From positions 84,308,658 to 84,338,799 of the forward strand of contig NC_057719.1 in assembly GCF_004010195.1 (NCBI RefSeq): DNA of 30,142 nt, written 5' to 3'. Source of the DNA: Chiloscyllium plagiosum (taxonomy: Eukaryota). Position 1 is the stretch's first letter; the number at the start of each line of letters is the position of its first letter. Both the position numbers and the translations under genes were made by a program. Shown here one piece after another: positions 21,767-30,142 of this stretch. The notes below the pieces were generated by a model. The model made no database searches, was not told where the DNA came from, and saw only the letters and a program-made list of their open reading frames with translations.

Positions 21767-22932
21767 GGTTGTTGTTCAGAACAACACCATACAGCCTTGT
21801 CAAGGTAGACGCTGCAAGACATGTCAGAGTGTCAACATGGACACCACTATTATACATGGGGACACCTTCCACCATGCACGTGGCAGGTACTTGTGACTCA
21901 ACTAACGTTGTCTATCTCATACGCTGCAAACAAGGATGCCCTGAGGCAGGGTACATTGGTGAGACTACAGCAACGGATGAATGGACACCGCATAGCAATC
22001 AACAGACAGGGCTGCTCCCCCCCCAGTCGGAGAACACTTCAGCGGTCCAGGACATTCAACCTTGGACCTTCGAGTGACCATCCTCCAAGGCGGACTTTAG
22101 GACAGGCAACAACACAAAGTAGTCGAGCAGAGGCTGATAGCCAAGTTCGGTACCCATGGGTTCATTTCACACTACAGGTGACCCCACTGCACTACACACA
22201 CCCACACACACACAAACTCTCACAGACAGACACACACACACAAACACTCCTACAGACCCTCTCTCAAACACAAGCTCTCTTTGATACACTCACATGTACA
22301 CTCCTACACTCACACATGCACCCTCTCACAGACATATACCCCTTTACACTCACACTCACACACATACACACACTCTCTCACGGACACTCATATCCCAACC
22401 AACCCCCCCCCCACACACACACACACACATAAGTTTGTGGGGTGAATTTGTACTTGCAGAATTACATTTTATTTTGCTCAAAAACTGCATGAATCCATGT
22501 AAGATTTTGTAAATCCCTTTTTTAGATTAGAATCAGTCTGAACACTGGGGCACAGACAGCCTCACACAGGGCACCTCACACCTTCAATGCATTATCTGGG
22601 CCAAAATGGCACTTACTGGTAAAGTTCACTTGAGAATGTGACTTTAAGAAAGTTCTAGAATTTACACATGAAAGAACTGAAATCAACATGCCCATTCTAA
22701 ATGATGAGAGACTTAACAAACAGTCCAGGTCTTTTTAGATATATAATTTCAGTTACATCACACGTAAACTTTTGCTATAAATTCTATGTCTTCCGATCTT
22801 ATACTCCACAACCACCTGATGAGGGAACAGCGCTCCAAAAGCTAGTGCTTCCACTTAAACCTGTTGGACCATAACCTGGTGTTGTGTGATTTTTAACTTT
22901 GTTCCACCTCAGTCCAACGCCAGCACCCCCAA
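21767..22932 (+). mobile_element. 5'-truncated Penelope-like element (Neptune-like): Cys linker, GIY-YIG endonuclease pseudogene, 3' UTR and hammerhead-bearing terminus
   Basis: PCQGRRCKTC at 21795-21824, then TCDSTNVVYLIRCKQGCPEAGYIGET (GIY-YIG) and LQQRMNGHR in shifted frames. Terminal CAC-CTGATGA-GGGAACAGCGCTCC-AAAAGCTA-GTG at 22813-22847, with the same tail as the fold-back elements. Confidence 0.85.
22193..22429 (+). repeat. Degenerate (CA)n/(CT)n microsatellite inside the PLE 3' region
   Basis: Interrupted CACACA and CTCTCA tracts. Confidence 0.9.
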
Positions 22933-22935
22933 GTT

Positions 22936-23206
22936 TTAGATTAGATTAGATTAGATTACTTAGTGTGAAAACAGGCCCTTCGGCCCAACAAGTCCACACC
23001 GACCCTCCGAAGAGCAACCCACCCAAACCCATTCCCCTACATTTACCCCTTCACCTAACACTTCGGACAATTTAGCATGGCCAATTCACCTAACCTGCAC
23101 ATCTTTGGACTGTGGGAGGAAACCGGAGCACCCGGAGGAAACCCAAGCAGACATGGGGAGAATGTGCAAACTCCACACAGACAGTTGCCCAAGGCAGGAA
23201 TTGAAC
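22936..23206 (-). mobile_element. HE1-like V-SINE, 5'-truncated at box B
   Basis: Reverse complement of the SINE at 24665-24975; (TTAGA)n tail at 22936; ends at GGAATTGAAC. Confidence 0.9.
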
Positions 23207-23334
23207 TGTGAATTAAGATTTTGTATCTTCCACGAGGATCTTCTCAATCATTGAATATATATTGTCATCATATAACCCACATGCACACACAAATGCCAGT
23301 GATCCTGGGCTGCCTAGGAGCATCCTGGAATCTG

Positions 23335-25183
23335 AAAAAAAAAATGTCCCCTGGGCCAGATGGAATTTATCCTAGAATTCTCTGGGAAGCCAGGAAGGAG
23401 ATTGCAGAGCCTTTGGCTTTGATCTTTATGTCATCATTGTCTACACAAATAGTACCAGAAGACTGGAGGATAGCAAATGTTGTTCCCTTGTTCAAGAAGG
23501 GGAGTAGAGACAACCTGGAAATTATAAACCTGTGAGCCTTACTTTAGTTGTGGGTAAAGTGTTGGAAAGAGTTATAAGAGGTTGGATTGATAATCATCTA
23601 GAAAGGAATAAGTTGATTAGGGATAGTCAACACGGTTTTGTAAAGGATAGCTTGTGCCTCACAAACTTATTGAGTTCTTTGAGAAGGTGACCAAACAGGT
23701 GGATGAAGGTAAGCAGTTGATGTGGGGTGTATGGATTTCAGTAAGGCATTTGATAAGGTTCCCCACCGTAGGCTATTGCACAAAATACGGAGGCGTGGGA
23801 TTGAGAGTGATTTAGCGGTTTGGATCAGAAATTGGCTAGCTGAAAGACAGAGGGTGGTGGTTAATGGGAAATATTCATCCTGGAGTTCAGTTATTAGTGG
23901 TGTACTGCAAGGATCTGTTTTGGGGTCACTGTTGTTTGTCACTTTTATAAAAGACCTGGCTGAGGGCATAGAAGGATGGGTTAGTAAGGTCAGTAGAGTT
24001 GTGGATAGTGACGAAGGATGTTGTAGGTTACAGAGAGACATAGATAAGCTGCAGAGCTGGGCTGAGAGTTGGCAAATGGAGTTTATTGCAGATACGTGTG
24101 AGGTGATTCACTTTGGAAGGAGTAATAGGAATGCAAAGTACTGGGCTAATGGTAAAATTCTTGGTAGTGTAGATGAGCAGAGAGATCTCGGTGTCCAGAT
24201 ACATAGATTCTTGGAAGTTGTCACTCAGGCTGTTAGGGTTGTTAAGAAGGCATACGGTATGTTAGCTTTTATTGGTAGAGGGATTGAGTTTCGGAACCAT
24301 AACATCATGCTGCAGCCATATAAACCCTGGTGCAGCCACATTTGGAATGTTGCATACAGTTCTGGTCACTGCATTATAGGAAGGATGTGGAAGCTTTGCA
24401 AAGGGTTCAGAAGAGATTTACTAGGATGTTGCCTGGAATGGAGGAAAGGTCTTATGAGGAAAGGCTGAGGGACTTAAGGCTGTTTTCATTCGAGAGAAGA
24501 AGGTTGAGGGTGACTTAATTGAGACATATAAGATCATCAGAGGGTTAGATAGGTTGGACTGTAAGAACCTTTTTCCTCGGATGGCGATGGCTAGCATGAG
24601 GGGACATAGGTTTAAATTGATGGATGATAGATATAGGTCAGATGTCAGAGGTAGTTTCTTTAGTGGGCGGCACGGTGGTTAGCACTGCTGCCTCACAGCG
24701 CCAGAGACCCGGATTCAATTCCCGCCTCAGGCGACTTGACTGTGTGGAGTTTGCATGTTCTCCCCGTGTCTGCGTGGGTTTCCTCTGGGTGCTCCGGTTT
24801 CCTCCCACAATCCAAAGATGTGCAGGTCAGGTGAATTGGCCATGCTAAATTGCCCGTAGTGTTAGGTAAGGGGTAAATGTAGGGGTATGGGTGGGTTACG
24901 CTTCGGCGGGTCGGTGTGGACTTGTTGGGCCGAAGGGCCTGTTTCCACACTGTAATGTAATCTAATCTAATCTAATTTACTCAGAGAGTAGTAGGGGCAT
25001 GGAATGCACTGTCTGCAACTCTAGTAAACTTGCCAACTTTAAGGGCATTTAAAGGTAATTGGATAGGCATATGGACGAGAATGGAATAGCGAAGGTTAGA
25101 CGGGCTTCAGATTGGTTCCACAGGCCGGCACAACATCGAGAGCCGAAGGGCCTGTACTGCGCTGTAATATTCTATGTTCTATG
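23335..25183 (+). mobile_element. 5'-truncated CR1 LINE (RT domain to 3' tail), relatively young but disabled, with a SINE insertion
   Basis: SPGPDGIYPRILWEARKEIAEPL, MDFSKAFDKVPH, GVLQGSVLG, LQRDIDKLQSWA and PHLECCIQFWS...LQRVQKRFTRM. 3' end GCCGAAGGGCCTGTACTGCGCTGTAATATTCTATGTTCTATG. Confidence 0.93.
24665..24975 (+). mobile_element. Near full-length HE1-like V-SINE inserted in the CR1
   Basis: GGGCGGCACGGTGGTTAGCACTGCTGCCTCACAGCGCC head, box B-like GGATTCAATTCC, V-domain and (TCTAA)n tail. CR1 sequence resumes at TTTACTCAGAGAG; many CpGs retained. Confidence 0.92.
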
Positions 25184-25689
25184 ATGGGACACCCAGCAGA
25201 AACACCTTCAGATGATGAACACTGATTAAGAGAGCGTATCAGATATATTCTAGTTCCTATGCACAGATTCTGTTATTTAATAAGTTTCCATAGCACATTT
25301 TGAAGAACACCATCAGATATTTTTCACACGTTTTGTAAACCTAGAGGACCAATTTGAAGAAATTAAAGACACCATGCCACAACTGGGTAGAGAATGGCAC
25401 ACAACATCAGATACTCTGGGTAAGTGAACTCACCCGTTTGAACATAATTTCTGTCCTTTAAGCAGATTATATACTCAAAAAATATTAAATTGTCAACAAC
25501 TTTGCAGTTTATATAACAGTCACTTTGGAAAAGTAGTTTTTTGTTTAAGTGTATCGGTTTTCACAAAGTTTGTGAGTAAAACAATCCCTATTGTCTGAAT
25601 GGGGAACAATTGTCCTACAGCAAATAAATATTTAGTTATACCCCACAGCAAGCTAGCTCTCCTGAAATAAATAACTTTCATTTATAAAG

Positions 25690-25868
25690 TGCATTTCACA
25701 TTGCACAATAAGTTCCCATAAACAGAAATGGGATATGACCTATTGGGTGACTGCTTTAGCAAGACTGATTCAAGGATAAATATTGGCCAGAACAGCAAGC
25801 AGAACTCTCTTCCTCTTGTTTAGTGTAATGGGATTGATTACACAGATATGGAGACTCAGTTTAAAATT
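25690..25868 (-). mobile_element. Old Deu-domain SINE (SacSINE1/AmnSINE1-like) fragment
   Basis: TTCCCATAAACAGAAATG...TGACC...GGATAAATATTGGCCAGAACAGCAAGCAGAACTCTCTTCCTCTT...ATGGGAT...GACTCAGTTTAA follows the recalled reverse-complement Deu domain. Confidence 0.65.
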
Positions 25869-26129
25869 TAATTCTTCAAGTAGAGAATATTAAGGGAAAA
25901 TTTAATAGATTTAATGTATGTTCAAACTATATATTAATGGTTATAACAAAGCAAATGGGAAGAAACTACTTTCCACTAACAGAAGTCTTGGTACCAGTCT
26001 GCATAGATTTAAGTGCAAAAGAACTGGAACTGAAATGAGATGTTTTTTAATGCAGCAAGTTATAATCTGAAAGTGTAGTGGATGTAACTTCAGTAGTAAC
26101 TTTCGAAAAGGAATTGGATAAATGAGGAA

Positions 26130-26590
26130 AGGAAGCTACCATCTTTACCTGGTCTACCCTAATCATATCTTCTGATCCAGAGATATGATTGACTCTTAGC
26201 TATCCTTTGAAATAACCATGCAAGTCACTCTGTTCAAGGGCAACTCAAGACAGGCTACAAACACTGGCCTTGTCAGCCACACCCACAAAGAAAACGAGAA
26301 AACAATCAGCTAGAATAGGCACAACATCAACCACATTTCGCAGGACTGGAGTCACATGTAGGCCAGACCAGGTTAGGATAGCAATTTCATTCTCTAAAGG
26401 ATATTAGTGAACCAGACAGGATTTTTGAAATAATAAATAATGGCTTTCTGGTCATCATTAAACTCTTAATTACAGACATTTTTTTAATTCAAATTCTAAC
26501 ATTTGCTATGGCAGGATTTGAACCCAGATCCCCATAACTTTACCTGGGTCACTTGATAAATAATGGAGCAATCATACCCACTAGGCGTTC
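26130..26590. mobile_element. Two opposed fragments of an old tRNA-derived SINE family (3' half on plus ~26130-26300, 5' half on minus ~26335-26590)
   Basis: Shared core (ACCTGGTCT...) in inverted orientation; box B-like GGATTTGAACCC reversed at ~26514-26525; similar to 2680-2895. Confidence 0.55.
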
Positions 26591-26620
26591 CCAGTGCTTT
26601 TCAGTTTTCAGTTTAGACAG

Positions 26621-27031
26621 TGACTGAATCCTCAGCTCTGAGAGTCAAGTTATTTATCTGGGGAAATTAATGGCCTCTTAGATGCAAGTCAGCTCTTTTG
26701 AATAGGGCTTGAGAACTCATCTACTTATAATGCGGCTAAGGATGGGTGGGTTGAGTGATGGGGGATTTGGAAAAATGCTGCCTATTGGCAGATCGAGGCA
26801 ATATACTTTGGAATTTATGTAAATGGAGGTGGACCTTCTAATCAGCCCTTCAGAAGTCTGCGTGACTTCACTCCTGCCTCAGGTCTGTCCAATTTCATGG
26901 ACAACTAACCACTGGGCCAATTAAGGCCCCGGAGAGCACAAAATTGTGTTCTCCAGCAACCTAGAAACAGAGGTTGGAATATGACTCAAGTACAGCCCTG
27001 ACTCGAGCCTCAAATATGGAAATTATGGCCC
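26621..27031. mobile_element. Possible old non-autonomous DNA transposon (Harbinger-type MITE)
   Basis: Ends resemble decayed GGGCTGAATTTT/AAAATTCAGCCC termini (GACTGAATCC ... GGAAATTATGGCCC); internal GGCCAATTAAGGCCC. Weak. Confidence 0.3.
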
Positions 27032-28919
27032 TGACCTCTAAGGGGAGCTGTAAATAAAATGCGTTATGTAACTATTTGAGTCATACTCAGAATCACAGGT
27101 ACTTGATTTCAATGAGGATTGTTTTTGAAATATTTCTGTCCTTGATGCTGGGCCAAACTAAACTCAAATTCTTGAAGAGTCAGTTATGTTTCATTATGTT
27201 TCAAGGGCAAACCATGTAGTTTTAATAAATGAATTGATCTTCGGAATTAGTAGGTCAATATTTTAATAAAGGTCTCTTTCCTTGTTAAATGTTAGCACAG
27301 TTTTTCTGAGGTTTTATTTCTGGAACAGTACAGTTTCTATAGGCTCACCAGAAACAAAGACACTTGGCACCTCGGGACTCATCTTTTATAAGGCAAATAT
27401 AACATCATTTTCAATCTGCAGGCAGATTCCTAAATGACCAAGCACCACACAATCAGAACAAAGTCAAGCTTCTTAACAAAGGCACATACAAAGCATTACA
27501 ATGAATGATAGGGGAAGATGATGCAATGCCACATGGATAGACATAGATATGTAAATATATAGATAGATACCCAACTGAATACAGAGCCACACAGCAAACC
27601 ACACTGAGATACACATAATAGGAGGCAGAAACACATACAAAATTTGACATACACACATACCAACTAGTAGAGGCAACTAGTACTGATGGCACTAACATAA
27701 GCATTAAAATCAGACAGAAAGACACAAAATCCTGAAAACTGCAACATTTATGACCTCTCTGCTCCACAAAGCAAAAGAAGACACACCTGAACAGTCAGGG
27801 TAGGTGCAAAGTGTAGCTTGCTGCAAAACCTAATGATTTAGTCCTAGTACAGATTTTCAATAAAGCAGATGAAAACAAAATTGGGCACAATTCTGTAGTT
27901 ATTACAACTGGGGCTCTGGTCAGTAAATAGTTAAATATAGTGTAAGGCCAAAGGATATGAATAAGTGAGAGACTAATCTATGACTGTGACATGAAGGAGT
28001 TAAATCTGCTTAGTTATCCGGATGCACTGGATTTGTGGAAGGAATGAATATCCGCTTTATTAAATAGCAGAATAACATGCACAATATTCGGGTAAGGCTA
28101 TAAACACTGTCTGTATTACATTCAGTTCTTTTTAACACCCCCTACAAATCCTCTGTTACTTTATGGATTAACAGATGCATCCATTTTACTGTGGACAGTT
28201 TGTGTCTCATTGGGGCTGTCACCCTATTCCTAACTTTGAAACTGATTCCTCGATTCCTGGCTTTCTCACAAGGAGAAACATCCTATCATTATCCATCCTG
28301 TCCATCCTCTCAGGATCGTATATGTCTCACCAACATCACCTCTCATTTATATGACCTGCCATGGATGCATGCACAACCTGTTCAACATTTTCTCAAGAAA
28401 ACTCCTTCATTCCGAGAAGCAGTTGAGTGAACCCCTGCTACTTCATATCTTCTGCTGAACCGATAACCTGCAATATTTAGTTCCCAGTCCAAGTCTGCAC
28501 CATGTCTCAGTACTGTTACTATGTCATATTGTCCAAATTAAATTTGTACCAGCAAGTCATTTAATTTATTCCTTAAACGGTGTTTGAACAAGAACGCTTA
28601 CTTGGGCCACACCTAAACAGGTCCTTCTGCTCTAATATTGTGCAGAGTATGCAAGCATGAAGATAGCAGCTTGAAACAGAACATGACTTTGGGAATTAGT
28701 TGAGTAAGGAATTTTAAGTGTTCCTTTTAAGAGTTAATCCTTCCCTAAAATCTAGCCATGTTTGTATTTAATTATACTTTAATGTCAAGTTTCAGTCTTA
28801 GTCAGGCATAAACAAGCTGCCTACTGTAGAATTTCAGCTGGTAGAAATGCAGATGGTCTTGCACACTGTGCACAAAATAAGCAAGCACCAAAATAGCTGC
28901 TCAAGACAAAGTTAGATAT

Positions 28920-30045
28920 TTGTGAGTGACAGAGTTCAGTTTAGTGAGGGAAGAGGCGATTCCCTGACCTTTTCCATTAATGGAATTGTCTGAGAAATGC
29001 AGCAGCAGGTTGTGAGAGTCGAAGCCTGGAAGCAGATAGGTGAGTGGTTGGTGAGTTTGACGTTTTTAGTTTTCCTGCAAATGGGGCAGAAGTTTTAACA
29101 GCAAAATGTATTTTGAATTTATAGCTTAACTAATAGTCGTCTTATAGTTAAAACCACTCGATATTGATAATCATTGAATGATACTTATAATTTAATTACT
29201 CAAATGAAATGATGTGTTGCAGCTGCACCACGTGGGAGCTGATGGACACTTGTGTGATCCACAGAACACAGATCTCTGGTAAATGTTTGCATTGCCATTT
29301 TAGGAACTTTGGCTCAAGAGTCAAGGAACTGGAGTCTTGAGTTTCTGACACCGAAGTGCATCTGGAAGGGGGACAATTACATGGGCATTTTGTTTCAATA
29401 GACAGACACACTGCTTCAGCTAGGTACTTTGAATTTGGTCAGTTAGGCACAATAGGCTAACTAATGAATACGAATGAGCCAGGTATAGGGATTCAGAAAG
29501 CAGTAATGGGGAAGTTTCAGCCCTTGCAAACATCCAACTTTTATATACCTTGGGCAGGAAGCCATTCAAGTGTGAGGATTTAAAAGGAGTTCTGCCGGAA
29601 AATGCAACAGTATAAATGGGGGACACATACTGAGACTGAGAGTCCTGAAAGCTGTGTTGCATGCCTCGCGCCATTTTAAAAATATCTCCTTAGAACTGGT
29701 GAGAAACGTGGAATGTAAAGGGGTAGTTCCAATTGTCATTCTTCACATGGCACTGATGACATAAGCAGGATTAAGAAAGGATCTGTTGAGCAAGAAGGAA
29801 AATAAGCATCTACAGACAAAATTATAAAGCAAAACCACAAAGAGATAATGCCTGAGCCTTGAGCAAACTAGTGTAGGGTTAATAAGATCTGAAGGCAGAT
29901 TGGTGTGAGACAAATGGGCTTGATTGATGGGGCACTGTCACTGGTAGTGGGAACGAAGGAGCTGTAATGTTGGGATGGTCATCACTTAAACTGCTCTCGC
30001 ACCAGTCTCCTGATGAATTCAGGAACGAATGCTTTAGAGAGGACT
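28920..30045 (+). mobile_element. Old CR1 5' region: 5' UTR plus ORF1 remnant (Zn-finger/leucine zipper and SGNH esterase)
   Basis: Remnants include WELMD...KCL...RVKELES (~29233-29337), LCCMPRA (~29652, for VCCLPGA), a VILH..TDDI-like segment (~29735, for VHVGTNDI) and DGHHLN (~29974, for DGLHLN). Confidence 0.7.
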
Positions 30046-30046
30046 T

Positions 30047-30142
30047 CAAACCTCTCTAAAGGACGGGTTGCACCTGAACCAGAAGGCACCAATATCCTGG
30101 GAGGTAGGTTTGCTAGCACTCTTCGGGGGGGGTTTAAACTAA
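30047..30142 (+). mobile_element. Start of a second, younger 5'-truncated CR1 (end of ORF1), running off the window
   Basis: GACGGGTTGCACCTGAACCAG...ACCAATATCCTGGGAGGTAGGTTTGCTAGCACTCTTCGGGGGGGTTTAAACTAA gives DGLHLNQ..TNILGGRFASTLRGGLN* with frameshifts. Confidence 0.75.

Noticed and set aside
21821..22512. His/Thr-rich ORFs (203 aa and 72 aa)
   Set aside because: Translation of a (CA)n microsatellite joined to shifted PLE endonuclease frames.
23722..24468. 248-aa ORF as a host gene or active reverse transcriptase
   Set aside because: CR1 RT fragment with frameshifted flanks, the FADD motif deleted and a SINE inserted downstream.
27453..27767. Hydrophobic, membrane-protein-like ORF (104 aa, minus)
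   Set aside because: Composition artefact of a UG-rich low-complexity tract.

Overview
Eukaryotic, repeat-dense intronic DNA from a cartilaginous fish. The HE1/V-SINE-type tRNA SINEs, CR1, L2, Rex1/Babar, Penelope-like and Deu-domain SINE relics point to a shark, probably a carpet or bamboo shark (inference). Only one host coding exon is well supported: a 152-nt minus-strand exon at 12432-12583 of an MTA-family (NuRD subunit) gene, most like the penultimate coding exon of MTA1. Nearly all ORFs in the supplied track are transposon fragments or chance frames. Main points of interest: (i) five short fold-back Penelope-like-element (PLE) derivatives, each with a 9-12 bp target-site duplication and most carrying minimal hammerhead-ribozyme motifs, one with an intact catalytic core (18699-18733, minus); (ii) a 5'-truncated Neptune-like PLE with a GIY-YIG endonuclease and the same hammerhead terminus; (iii) a near full-length fossil PIF/Harbinger transposase that the ORF track misses; (iv) a solo LTR with a perfect 5-bp TSD; (v) a CR1 whose catalytic FADD motif is cleanly deleted; (vi) a CTCF-like site and inverted SINE pairs within the pre-mRNA. 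Family names come from recalled motifs, not database searches, and boundaries of old repeats are approximate.
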